64,000 nt of DNA from Massalongia carnosa (Eukaryota): the NCBI GenBank assembly GCA_965645245.1, contig OZ287067.1:2108001-2172000 (forward strand), written 5' to 3'. The position numbers were made by a program, and so were the translations under genes. Positions 24,648-37,779 of this stretch are shown piece after piece. The notes under the pieces were generated by a model. That model had not been told where the DNA came from. It ran no database searches and worked only from the letters and a program-made list of their open reading frames with translations. Each line of letters opens with the position of its first letter. Position 1 is the stretch's first letter.

Positions 24648-27600
24648 GGCCTCATTCATTGGTAAGACATCTTCTTAAACAAGGCCTGAACAATGTATTA
24701 AAATCCTTTTCGAAAAGATCATTCTCTCCCTTGCCCTACTTTTAACAGATATATCCTATTATAAAGCCTCTCACGCATCTACGCTTTGGCCCAACATCGG
24801 CCCCACCAGCACAATTTTTACCTTCACTCTCATCATCTATCATAACTCCTGCGCAACCCAAGTCTCCAGCCAGCAGCACTTAACTCATCAATCCCGCTCG
24901 ATACCTGATATCTAAAATCCAAAATCCTCAAGATGAATCAACTCAAAACTATGAATTTCCAAGGCAGAAATTTGTGAATGTCCTAACCCACACTCATTGG
25001 AGTCTCCAATTCTACCTTCACGCAACCCTGGCAACGACGCCTACAGACGCCTACTCTTATCCACCATCAATCCTTTACCTCTCGTCCAATATCCCCACTT
25101 TGGATTTTCTTTATTTAGGTGGCTGATGACGAGCTTGGCACGTTAATTATCTGCTATGTTTGGCTAGCTTCATGCTTTCATTTCCTTAACGGAAACATTC
25201 GCAACATCAACTCTCATGTGCGAGTCAGAGATGGGTTTCAAACCTTCCTTTGACATTGCCACCAAAAGAAACACGAGAGTCTATCAATCTTATCCAGCAA
25301 TCTTCTAGCTCCTCGTCGCCATGTTTCTTCCCAGCTCGAGCTCTGCACTTGCCCTTACCAAAGCTTCCATCTTTCATTTTGGACAGTCATCATCACCTTG
25401 TGCCAAGTCTTAAGTTCTTCTCATACAGAATGAGAGACTCATCTCCCCACCCCACCATATCTCTATCGAAACCTCAGTTATTCGGATATAATCCAGTCCC
25501 TTTCAACCTATATCTCTTGAGTGGACACTTCTCCACGTTGAGAAAATTTCCCACAAAGACGCTTATCCACTAAGAAGCCCATCTTCAGGAAGTCTTTATC
25601 TAGCATTTGGACACCTAGCATACGCATCTACCTTTATGGTTTATGTGCTCCAACACCTGGGCCTGCTGCAGATAGATGAGACATAGGCGCAGTCTCTCCT
25701 AGTGGGCGGGTGCAAAGATAGGTTTTGCGGGTGGTGGAAAGGCTCGCATGCGGGGTGGGAGGCATCATTTTGACCATAGCGAGTTCATTCTTGGCAATAT
25801 CTGCATACGGCAAAGGCTCGATATACTATATAACACAAAACTTTAAACTCAGGCTGCGGACCCGTTTTCACGATTATGAATTCCGTTTAAATATCGATTT
25901 AATTATTTTTCGCGCAACTCCTTTCTTTCATCCCAATATCAGCATCTTTAATCTGACGACAAGGAATTTAAACCCGATCCCTAGCAGGACGACTTGCGAT
26001 TCGACATCTACCGGCACACACTGGAATTGGTCAAGGATGGAGATGGGTGGAGCCGGAGTTCGGATACCTATCTAAAAACCCCGGACCAATGTGCTTTGGC
26101 TGTCCTTCCTACCTGGCAAGCTGGGCGGCTTGGTGCCTTGGTGGCTAGATTCCTAAATAGCTTGGTTGTTCATCGAATCAACAGCCTGGTGATTCATTTG
26201 AAAAATGATGTCTTGTAATGTGTTTCTTTGACTGGACGGATCTGGGGTTGATCCTGGATGGAAAAAACTCTATGTTGTCCATGTCATGATGGCTTCCAGA
26301 AATATCATTGTGTGCAGAATAAGCGAAACAGGCCAACCATATTCTGGAGATTATATTTTGATCTAAGCAACGCATTTGTCGAACGAGTCTATTTGCCGCA
26401 AAGGCGGCTTCTAAGAAAGAGCCGGGACATTCATAGGAAGGGCTTTAGCAAAGTAAAGGCCACGAAGGTGGAGCAATATCAGGGAGAGGATTAATACTAA
26501 ATGAACGAATTGAATGGGGAGGCAATGGGGAGGAAAGATGTTATAACCTGATGACGAAGATGATTGGGTTTTGTTCTCTACAGAGGATAATATATTAAGG
26601 GAGAGGCGGGCCTAAAATTCTTATATCTTGCACACCTAAATCATCATATATATACCAAGTCTTCAAATACGGAAGATGATCCACCGGCCTCTTGATTTTA
26701 ACTCGCAGTGCATTCGGGCAACCAAAGCCCTCTAGCTCCATTAACCAAATGCATGGTAAATTTCGAATACTTAGAAATCGTCTGTTCTGCTAAGGCCCAC
26801 TGATAAACCAAGGGCTCAAGTCTTTGGACTGCTCCTGAACAAAGAGACCTACGTATTGTTTGATTTGAGGAATCGTGCAGGTAGAGCAGCCAACATTCCC
26901 AAGACGGCACTAATCGAGCGATTTCTATCTTCTTAAAGCGTTGCCTGTTCCCATGTTTCAAGAAATCCCTGCGACTAATAGCTTGATGGTGCCCTTAATG
27001 CCGTCAAGTATATGCTTTGGCAGAAGGCTTTTCTGGGTTCCGGGTTACTATGGGCATCGATAGCAATACAATGGCCCTTACGTTAAGTATAACTAAAGTA
27101 TTTACCTCAGCAATTGAGTTGACTCTAGTTCTTCTAAATGTACAGAATAGAACGATAGCGTAGAAAAGAACTGCCTTGCTAGAAGCAAGGCTGGAAGCAA
27201 GTACAAGAGGGAATTGAACGTTAGGGGTTGAAGAAATTAAGGTGAACAGTTATCAAGGTAGTCTTTTGAATGATAGTACAACTAAAAAAAAATAGGAGGG
27301 GAAGGGAAATTCATTGCTACGAATCATGGCCCTTAAGGTACATTCACTCCAGAAGTAGCTTGAACCGGGGTATGTAACTTTTGGGCTCTAACGAAGGTTA
27401 TGAATATGGTAAATACCTTACAACAGTAAATACCTTAGTCTGTATCCGGGTTTTCTTACCGCCGTGAAGATTCATGGTTGCCCAATGATCTTCATCTTCT
27501 CTGCAAGCTCTAAGACTAGTCTTTCTTAGACATCTAGGAAATTGACACGAAACGTCGATAGTGTTCCTAGAATTAAGGACAATGATGTGATTCGTCAACC

Positions 27601-27860
27601 TGACTGGATTTACGCTTCGTTTCGTTGCACATTCCTTAGGTTTGTCACAGCTGGATTGTTTGGACTCCATCCGTGAAGTAATGCTTAGAGTCTTGAACAT
27701 AAATCTTTCTGCTCTCTACTCCATCCAACTCTAATGCTTTAATTGTTGGTCGTACTTACCAACCAGAACTAACTTGACAGCTTTTTCTTTGCAGTTATTC
27801 AGCAGCTAATATTTCTCCGCTTTCAAAATCGATCACCTTACCTGTAGAGAATATTTAACC

Positions 27861-28884
27861 ATGCGTCTTGCATCCTTTGTCCCTCTTCTTGTTCCCTTCC
27901 TCTTCTCTTTAGTAGCTTTGATCCTCTCTCTTCTCTGCGTCTTCGCTGGTTCGAAACGTGGATACATAGAGCATGCTGATCTTCTGACCGTGAGTTATCT
28001 TGAGTAGTAAATCAGTATGGTGCGACTGACTTTGGCAGCTCAATACCTCCATGCTGGGACATCTTACCTTGAGCGCTCCGAAAACTTCCTCTACGTTTCT
28101 CAACAACCTTGGGGGGAACATCAATGGTGATATCAACGGCTTAATCACCGACTTCGCGAAGACTCTAAAGATACATGATTTCTATAGCGCTCATATCCTT
28201 GACTACTGCGAAGTAAACAGCCATCCCCTTGCTCTACTAGGAGGAGAGAATTACTAATTTCGCTTTACAGGGCTTCTATACACCATCTCCCGTTGCCAAT
28301 AAGACCATGCATCCAAAGAAGAATGTTACCCACTGCTCCAATTCCACATGGCTTTTCCACTTCGATCCTACCTCCGTCATTCAGACCGAGCTTATGCCTG
28401 GTCTCAAACTGGCTGATTTGAAGTGGCCCTCTGCCATTAAAGATGCAGCTAGAGCGGTGGGCTCCGCTAGCAAAGTGATGTTCGTTCTCTACTGCATTGG
28501 TATTACGACGACCGGCCTCGCACTCACCGGCGCTTTGGTGGGGATCGTGAGGGCAGGGAGATTGATAGCCATACTCAATATAGTAGTTGGTTTAGTAAGT
28601 CAGACAGCATACTAGCTTCATCACCACTACTCATATGTTTTTAGCTGGCTTTCGTGTCTTTGGGTATTGCCGCGGCAATTGCAACAACGATTGCGGTCAA
28701 AGTTGTGAACGCCGTCAACAAATACGGGGACGAGGTCGGAGTAGCGGCATATAAGGGAAATACTTTCTTGGGTATGACGTGGGCTGCGACGATTTTGATG
28801 TTCTTGGCGTCTTTGGCGCATTTTCATGAGTTCATCCGTGGTCGAAAAAGGTTGACGAGAAATGGCGAGAAAAGTGGCTTTTGA
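27861..28884 (+). CDS. SUR7/PalI family membrane protein, 4 exons
   Basis: N-terminal TM LILSLLCVFAG, LTLNTS, IHDFYSAHILDYCEG and three C-terminal TMs ending GNTFLGMTWAA. Confidence 0.85.
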
Positions 28885-29383
28885 ATGGTTTGGTTTGTGG
28901 TTGGTGTTTTCAAACATATTTCCCCCCCCAGGTGTTTCCGGTTGAATTTAATAATACTAGGATACCCCTCAATGAGTCACGAGTTTCATAGAGCTTCAGA
29001 GCCTTACAATCCTGAACACCTAGTCCTTTGACGCATTGAGTATCCGCAAGGAGCTTCCTCGAATCACCTGGTGTGTGTGTGAATGATGCTACTTCACTGG
29101 ATGTTGAAAATCTTGGCATAGTCATCATATGTATTTTATTGCGGGGCACAACACTTGTTCTCCGAAATGGTGTATGTTTTCTGTATTCATACCCACTTTC
29201 TCTCTACCCCACCTTTTTCTCCACATCTGAGACTCCGACCCTCAACAATTAACCATTACCTATCTACCTAACCATTCACCAGGTAGGTCTCCTCATTCGC
29301 TGTAGCACACAGATAATTTACTACTTACAGCTTTCCTAAAGTAATACCAAACTTGTCTTGAGCATCCTCAACCGATATTCATC

Positions 29384-30666
29384 ATGGGCAAAAAGGCAGT
29401 TCATTTTGGGGGTGGAAACATCGGCCGTGGTTTCGTGGCAGAGAAGCTGCATATATCAGGCTTTGAGGTTGGCTAAGGTCCTACCTAGTTGACCCTAAAG
29501 CTCTCTGATTCACACTTCCTACCAGGTTGTCTTTGTTGATGTCATGGACAGTATCATTGAGCAGCTTCAGAAGCACAAAGAATATACCGTGACCGAAATT
29601 GGAGAAGAGGGCGAAAAAGTCAACAAAATCACTAACTACCGTGCCATAAACTCCAAGACTCATGAGCCAGACGTGATCAAAGAAATCTCAACTGCAGACC
29701 TAGTAAGTTCTACCCCTGGACATCGCTCAACAACCTCCATAACAGTCCTTCCAGGTCACCTGTGCCGTTGGCCCCAATATCCTTAAATTCATTGCCCCAG
29801 TTATTGCGAAGGCAATTGATGCTCGTACCGAGCCCACCCCGATTGCAGTCATTGCCTGCGAGAACATGATTGGGGCAACGGATACCCTTGCCAATTTCAT
29901 CAAGGACCCGAAAAACACACCTCAAGACCGACTGGCGTCCATCCATGATCGCGCTCGCTTCGCAAATTCAGCCATTGACCGCATTGTCCCCCGCCAAGAC
30001 CCCAATGATGGCCTCAACGTCAAGATCGAATCATTCTTCGAATGGGTCGTTGACAAGACTCCATTCGCTGAGTTCGGGCCCCCAAATATCAGTGCCATTA
30101 AATGGGTCGACAACTTAGTGCCATACATTGAGCGAAAACTATTCACAGTAAATACCGGACACGCCGCTGCGGCATACTATGGGTATGCACGTGGAAAGAA
30201 GACCATAGCCGAAGCACTAGAAAATAAAGAAATCAATGAAATTGTTCGTAAGTGTTTGGACGAGACCAGCCATCTCATCTGCACCAAGCACGGAATCAGC
30301 AAAGTTGAGCAGAAAGAGTACGTCGAGAAGATCATAACTCGTATCTCTAACCCATATCTTGAGGATACTGTGGAACGTGTGGGGAGGGCCCCACTACGAA
30401 AACTTGGTCGCCAGGAGCGCTTCATTGGGCCAGCAGCACAGTTGGCCGAGCAAGGAGCCAAGTACGATGCACTTCTAGGAGCTATTGAGGTGGCGTTTGG
30501 TTTCGTTAACGTTGAGGGAGATGAAGAGAGTGTGGAGCTAGGAAAATTTTTAAAGAGCATGGACGCCAAAGGGGTTGTCGAGAAGGTTACCGGGCTATCC
30601 GAGTCCGATAAGCTATTTGGGGATATTGTGAAGGTAGTGGAGAAGGTGCAGAAGGGCACGAAGTAA
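29384..30666 (+). CDS. mpdA: Mannitol-1-phosphate 5-dehydrogenase
   Basis: [52 protein letters not shown] and [10 protein letters not shown]. Confidence 0.96.
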
Positions 30667-31167
30667 GATAACACTGCCCGAGAAAGGAATTCTCTAAAAA
30701 AAGGGTTACCGGCGATAGGTCTTGACGAGAAGAAGTAGAACGGGTTTTGCTAATGATGCCTTTTGTACTTGCACGAGGTATCCCCTCCTTTCTCAGTCTA
30801 CATCAACTTTACTTTCAACAGCAAATAGACGATGCTCTTTGGCACACAAGCTTCTTATATCAAACCAAAAATCTGATTATGTCAAAGTGGGCATAAATTG
30901 ACGTTGGCTTTATATATGACAGTAAGAGTTCATAATCCAAAAAAATGGTAAGCATATCTAACCTTAGCGGAAGTGCAATATGGGAACATAAACTAAACAG
31001 AAGAATCCTAGATTGAGGTTGATAGGTATTTCCTGCTAGTGAAGGACGAGGTGATGTTGGAGGATCATCACGTGATACAAAAGCTTCTTCCTAAAGATCC
31101 ACGAATCTCCCGTGGCCACTAAACCCCATTCCGCCAACCTTTCTAAACTCCACCAAACCATTACTCC

Positions 31168-32199
31168 ATGTCGCCCTCCCCAGCCTCCTTCCTTACTCCC
31201 CCACCCCCAGCCTCCTTCACAAAACTCTCCTTCCCCGCCCCCCACACTCTCCTAGTCACGCTGTCGCGCCCCCAATCCCTTAACTGCATCAATGCAGCTG
31301 GGCACGCGGAACTCGATGCTGTGTGGCACTGGTTCGATGCGGAACCGCGGCTGCGTGTGGGCGTTGTGACGGGCGAAGGGCGCGCCTTTTGCGCGGGCGC
31401 GGATCTAAAAGGTTGGCCGCTCTTCATATTACTATCGGCCCCACCCTTTCCCTTTGGCAGTTCTCTCTCTATCTATTTAGATACGACCGGTCGGCTGAGC
31501 AAACGCTCCCCCTCTCTCCCTCTCCCACCATTGGAGGGGGTGGGGTATGGGGGGGAGTTGGGATGAAAAACAGAATGGCACCTCTCTTCCTCATCTTCCT
31601 CGTCTTCGTCTTACTCCGTATCGCGCCTTCCCGCTTCCGGCTTCGGCGGGCTATCCCGGCGCGTGGGCAAAAAACCTATCATCGCGGCCGTGAACGGGCT
31701 CTGCCTTGGTGGTGGCTTCGAAATGGCCGTGAACTGCGACCTGGTGCTCGCGTCGTGGTGGGCAGTGTTCGGCCTCCCCGAGGCGAAAGTCGGCGTCGTG
31801 GCTGGGGCGGGTGTGCTGCCGCGCCTAGCGCGCACGGCGGGGAGGCAGCGGGCAATGGAGATGGCGCTAATGGGCCGGGAGGTGGGCGCGAGGGAGATGT
31901 GTCGGTGGGGGGTATGCAATCTTGTCGTAGGGGAGGAGGGGGGGAAGAAGGATGGAGGATGGGTAGTGGAAAAGGCGGTGGAGTGGGCCGGGGTGGTAGC
32001 GGAGAATAGCCCTGATGCGGTCGTTGTTAGTAAGGAGGGGGTCGAAGGGGGGTGGGAGGCTGGCGGGGTGGAGGAGGCCACGGCAAGGTTGGTCACTGGG
32101 GAGGCGTTTGGGAAGATGGATGGCGGAGAGAATATGCGGGAGGGGCTGAGGGCGTTTGGGGAGAAGAGGAGGCCCAGGTGGGTGGATAGTAAGCTGTAG
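31168..32199 (+). CDS. Enoyl-CoA hydratase/isomerase (crotonase) family, peroxisomal (-SKL)
   Basis: GRAFCAGADLKE, KPIIAAVNGLCLGGGFEM and FGLPEAKVG; intron ~31412-31573. Confidence 0.9.
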
Positions 32200-32817
32200 G
32201 TGTTTGCTTTGGGTTGGGCTTTGGTTGGAGGGGGAAAAGGGGATGGTGATTTTGGAAGAGCAGCGAAATAGTTTCTGAATTCAATGGTTTGTTGCTACAA
32301 CCCCTAATCTCCTGGCCTGCCTTGATTGCTTCCTGTAAACCTTATGTTGATGAATGTATTTATATTTCATCCCCCCCTCCCCCCTGGGTTCTATCCCGAG
32401 TTTTACCTTTTTTTCCAAGGATTTATCTCCCTTGTTCTCTATCTTACTTTTCCGCTACAGCAGTACCGCGCGGGAGAGAGATTTGCTCCCTTGGCATGCT
32501 ATAATGGTTGAATCTGTGGATGCGCATTGCAACTCTTGAATTTGACAATTTATAATACTAGTACTGAACCAGGCGCTTATATAGCATTCTAGACACCGGA
32601 GATCAAGTTTAAGAGGCATTTAAGAAGATGAGAATTTTTGAAAAAATTTGATCTAGGAGGTTTATTAGCTCCAGGTCTACATCTAGTGCAGCAACGATAT
32701 CTCAATCGCATCGAGTCATCTATCATCAAAGAAAATCATCAACCATCAAGATCAGGCTTGGGTACGCTTAGATGGTGAGGGCGAAACTTTAGCTCTCGGA
32801 GAAAAACGAAAAATCCC

Positions 32818-33475
32818 TCAATAGTCAACCCATATATCAGGCACGTAATCATCTGTCAGTCGTTCGTCTTTCCCATACCTATAAAATATAGTCAGCCCTG
32901 TCTTGATAATACTGCACTCCCCTGGTAGCGTTTAGGCTTCTCGTTCCTAGGGAGCAAGCATACTTCTCCTGCCACTTGACAAACCCGCCATCGAGGACGA
33001 AAACCTCCTGGTGCTTGGCATTCTTTGTTCTGGCTCCCGAGTCCTGAGCAGTTGATACCTCAATATCCTTGCCCTGATCGACCAATTCAAGTTCTTTGTC
33101 TTCCTTCCTAATCTTCGTTTGATCCTTGCCATTGGCACTTGACTCCTGAGCGCCACTACCTAAGCCTTTCGCACTATGTAGCTCCGTCGACCTCGCATTT
33201 CGCTCCTTCAAATATATCAATGCCGCACCGGGTCCTCTCTGCTGACTGAGAGCACAGTGGAACACAACAATCTCCTTGTCGCCCAGGTTTTGGATCACTT
33301 CAGGTATGCGAGTGTCCAGGGATGAGGAAGGGACGTTGATTGCGGAGTGTATGTGGCCGCCCACGTAGTCATCGTCGCGCACATCAACAATGGCCACTTT
33401 GTCGGCATGAGGGGAGAGTAGGATGGAGGAAAGTCGCTCACGGGAAATGTGGTGTAGAGTAGCAGTTGTCTCCAT
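32818..33475 (-). CDS. YCH1: Cdc25-like rhodanese phosphatase / arsenate reductase (Ych1/Ibp1)
   Basis: IVDVRDDDYVGGHI, catalytic VFHCALSQQRGP, VLDGGFVKWQ and last exon YGKDERLTDDY. Confidence 0.88.
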
Positions 33476-33765
33476 GCTTTTCTGTCGATGAATTGAAGTT
33501 AGGAGTGCAAGGCCCTTCTTGTAGAACATAAAGTTCATTCAATGTTAATCACGCCATCGCTGCCAGTATTCTATTCTTCGTTGCGGATGCTGTGCGGGTG
33601 AGTACGCATTATTATTAGCTTGCCGGCAATTGACTGCGAGCTTTCGGCTAAATTGAACGAAGTTCGCGAAAAGTTGCTAGACCTTCGGTTTCAACCCACG
33701 TAAAATTTGAAATTATCTTCAAATACATCACCCTTCACGGATTTTCCCCGCAACGCTACTCAACC

Positions 33766-35884
33766 ATGAAGACTACTTGGAAAGAGATTCAGCCTGTTCC
33801 TACCAGTCAAGAATTTCTTGATGTCGTTCTAAGTCGCACACAGCGACGGCTGCCAACACAGATCAGAGCGGGATTCAAGATAAGCAGAATCAGAGGTATT
33901 TGCCTCCTGGCCTTAACTTCTTGGAGACAAGCTGAATGTGCCTAGGATTTTACACCCGCAAGGTCAAGTATACCCAAGAGACTTTCAGCGAGAAGCTATC
34001 GGCCATTCTTGAAGGCTTTCCACGACTGCAAGACATACATCCTTTCCGTGAGTGGTGCACAACTTTCAAATATGTATGGTAGCTAAATAGACGCATTACT
34101 CTAGACAAGGATCTCTTGAATACCCTTTATGATGCCGACCATTTCCGCATTGCTCTCGGCCAACTCGCTACTGCAAAGCACTTGATAGAGACCGTCTCGC
34201 GAGACTACGTCCGCTTACTCAAGTATGCGCAATCGCTCTTCCAATGCAAGCAGCTCAAGCGCGCTGCGCTTGGGCGCATGGCTACCATTTGTCGAAGGCT
34301 CAAAGACCCTCTTATATACCTCGAACAGGTTCGACAGCATCTGGGGCGTCTACCGTCAATCGATCCAAATACTAGGACTTTGCTCATATGTGGCTATCCG
34401 AACGTTGGCAAGTCTAGTTTTCTAAAAAGCGTTACAAGGGCCGATGTCGATGTTCAGCCTTATGCCTTTACAACGAAAAGCTTGTTTGTAGGGCATTTCG
34501 ACTACAAGTACCTTCGATTTCAGGCCATCGATACCCCTGGCATATTGGATCATCCCCTGGAAGAAATGAATACGATTGAAATGCAATCAATCACAGCGAT
34601 CGCTCATTTGCGTTCGGCTATCCTATATTTTATGGACTTATCAGAGCAATGCGGTTATTCTGTCCAGGCCCAAATACAGCTTTTCCAAAGCATCAAGCCA
34701 CTTTTTGCAAACAAGTTAGTCTTCGTAGTCATCAACAAGATCGATATCATGAGGCCCGAGGATCTAGACGTGGAAACCAAGGAGAAGCTGGATTCCATAT
34801 TGCAACATGGTGATGTTGAGATGCTGCAACTCTCGTGCACAACAGCTGAAGGGGTGACTGAGGTGAAAAATGCCGCGTGTGAGCGACTCATTGCAGATCG
34901 TGTGGCGCAGAAGTTGAAAGCCGGGACTAGTAGCGGGGGCACAATAAGCGGGAGGCTGGGTGATGTATTAACTAGGATACATGTTGCACAACCACTGGGT
35001 GGAGTAGTAAGAGAGTCATTTATTCCTGAAACCGTGAGGAGGTTGAGAAAATTCGACAAGAACGATCCAGATCGGCGGAAGCTGGCAAGAGATCTTGAAG
35101 AAGAAAATGGAGGTGCCGGCGTATTCAATGTGGACCTCAAACAAGACTACAAACTCGAAGAGGATGAATGGAAATATGATAGGGTTCCTGAAGTATTTGA
35201 CGGGAAGAATGTATATGACTTCATCGATCCCGATATTGAGTCGAAACTGGCCGCGCTGGAGGAAGAGGAGGAAAAGCTCCAGGCAGATGGATACTATGAC
35301 TCAGATGAGAGCGTCGAAGACGCAGACGATGCAGATATTCGAATGAAGGCAGAATTAATCCGAGAGAAACGTCAATTGATACGGAACGAAGCTAAACTAA
35401 AGAAGTCACTGAAGAATCGCGCTATGATACCTCGGACCGCGACTGCTAAGAAGCTCTCCGTCATGCAAGATCATCTGGACAGACTAGGATTTGACACCAC
35501 CGCCATCTCCGCTCGTGTACGATCACATTCACGCGGTCGAAGCAAGCTTAGAAGCAGAGCAGAAACCGAAGATGTCATGGACGTGGATACTCCACAAAGT
35601 ACAGATGCTTTACGGGCCAAGAGTAGGGCCAGAAGCAAGAGCAACCGGAGAGAAGACGGTGTGACCAGTATTGGAGCACGCAGCAAAGCTGAGAAGCTCG
35701 CGAAACTAGGGCAAGTGAAGATGAATAGAATGGCGAGGCAAGGTGAAGCAGATAGGCATACCTCATCTGCTTTGCCTAAGCATTTGGTAAGCTTGCTCTT
35801 CCTTGGTTTTTGCTTGATCTGGTTACTCACGTCTCTGAATAGTTTTCTGGTAAGCGGGGAATGGGTAAGACTCAACGACGTTAG
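33766..35884 (+). CDS. NOG1: Nucleolar GTP-binding protein 1
   Basis: [27 protein letters not shown] and NKID; C-terminus [17 protein letters not shown]. Confidence 0.97.
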
Positions 35885-36081
35885 GCGCTTTTTACTCTCT
35901 GACGGAATTCACCCAACATAACCACCAGCCCTGCATGGCTTTTCATTTGAACCCTCCATAACCGGAGCATTGCAAGGTAACCAAACCAAACACACAACTT
36001 ATGACGTTGCAGGCGTTATTGGTGGCACAATAATCGGCGGTATCCCTTGCTCCTTTTCTCGGATTCGGAGCCTTGTGCCGC

Positions 36082-36777
36082 TCAGCCACTTGCCCGATAT
36101 CTAGCCTGATACTTCCGTAACCTTAACAAGTCCTCCTTGTCTCCCGCCTCTTTCATCAACACAATCAAATCATCCAAAGTGATAATGCTTAGTACTGGTA
36201 CTCCATAAAGTCTCTTCACTTCGCCAATTGCACTCAACCTCGGGGTTTCATCATCTTCCTCGCTGCCACCTGGCATCCTCTCCATCCGATCCAGTGCTAC
36301 AATCACTCCCACTAATATACCCCCCTCTTTCCTGATAATCTCAATCGCCTCTTTCATCGCTGTGCCGGCCGTAATTACATCATCCACAATGAGTACCCTT
36401 CTCCCTCGCAAGGGCGCCCCCACGATATTCCCGCCCTCCCCATGATCCTTCGCTTCTTTTCTGTTAAAACTGTAACTAATCCCGGCAAATCTCTCCGGAT
36501 CCAACTCCGCTAGCTTATCGACCGTTGCCGTGGCTAGCGGAATGCCCTTATAGCTGGGTCCGAAGAGCACGTCAAACGCAAGGGGAGTATTGGCGATGAA
36601 ATCGAGGATAGAGCGTGCATAGGCGGTAGAGATGGAGCGGAGAAGGTCGGCGCGGTGGAAGAGGCCGGCGTTGAAGAAATAGGGGGATTCGCGGCCAGAT
36701 TTCAATTTATAGCTACCAAAGGTGAGGACATTGGCTAACAGGCAAGACTTTAGGAAGTCGTTCTTGTAGGAAGACAT
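36082..36777 (-). CDS. URA5: Orotate phosphoribosyltransferase
   Basis: [34 protein letters not shown] and PRPP motif [12 protein letters not shown]. Confidence 0.97.
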   Translation of the reverse strand: MSSYKNDFLKSCLLANVLTFGSYKLKSGRESPYFFNAGLFHRADLLRSISTAYARSILDFIANTPLAFDVLFGPSYKGIPLATATVDKLAELDPERFAGISYSFNRKEAKDHGEGGNIVGAPLRGRRVLIVDDVITAGTAMKEAIEIIRKEGGILVGVIVALDRMERMPGGSEEDDETPRLSAIGEVKRLYGVPVLSIITLDDLIVLMKEAGDKEDLLRLRKYQARYRASG

Positions 36778-37779
36778 TTGTGAGAGGGCTTCAAATGCCG
36801 GTAATTTATTGGCCATGAGTGCAGAATGGTGGATGCAGGTTCCCTTATCGATCGCGCAATAGATTATATATGAAGTGTCCAATCCAATGGGATGTATGTA
36901 GGCCTGCGTCCGATGGAGATGCTGGGACCGAAGCTGTTACGACGCTAGGATATCAAGTATCTTGAGAGAAACGCAATGAGCGAGACGAAAAAAAAGCCTA
37001 GTAGTTGCGGTTAATGGCCAAACATCTCCAACTCAAATGGCATATTGACAACCTCGATTTGGTCCTTGCATGGTGGGGATGCTTGCTTTATCGATAGCAA
37101 CGTAACGGAACGGATAAACCAGTCGCATTAATTCCGTGAAAAATACAGACTGCAACAAAAGTCAGTTAAGTGGACATGTCAACGAATCAAAGACTCAAGC
37201 TACGTTATTCTGTGGAAAATATGATTGTGGGCTGTCTTGATACATGCTCCGCGAACGGAGCGGGAAAAAAAAGTTATGCAGCTACTCTTCTTGTCTTGCA
37301 TGCACAAGTCCCACTCAAGCGTGAAAACCCAAGACATCCCCAAAATTCGACCATCCTACAAATAGATCATCTTTCGAATTATTGACTGTAATAGCAGACT
37401 TCATGCCGCGACAACAGGTAGACAGGTGGGCTCGGAAACGGTACTTCGGATAGCAGGTGGTGTTTGCGGACAAAACACCTGAAAGAACTTTCCGGAATCT
37501 ACACTAACCGCAAGGAAAGAATCGCATTGTTCGTTGTCTATAGCAGTTTGATGCTCGGCCTTTATCACATACGCTAGAAATTGCCTCATACATGATTGCT
37601 TCGAGTGTTTTCGTGGCCTTGAGTTTTGGATGACTCCCCCTAACACGTACTTTTTATTGCTGAGATCTCACCAATTTGACGCTCATTCTAGAGGTCTATT
37701 TTATCGAGCTTCGAATTTCGAATCGGCTCTCTAGCTATCAATTTAAAGCCAAATCCATAACCACTGAGAGGCCTGCAAG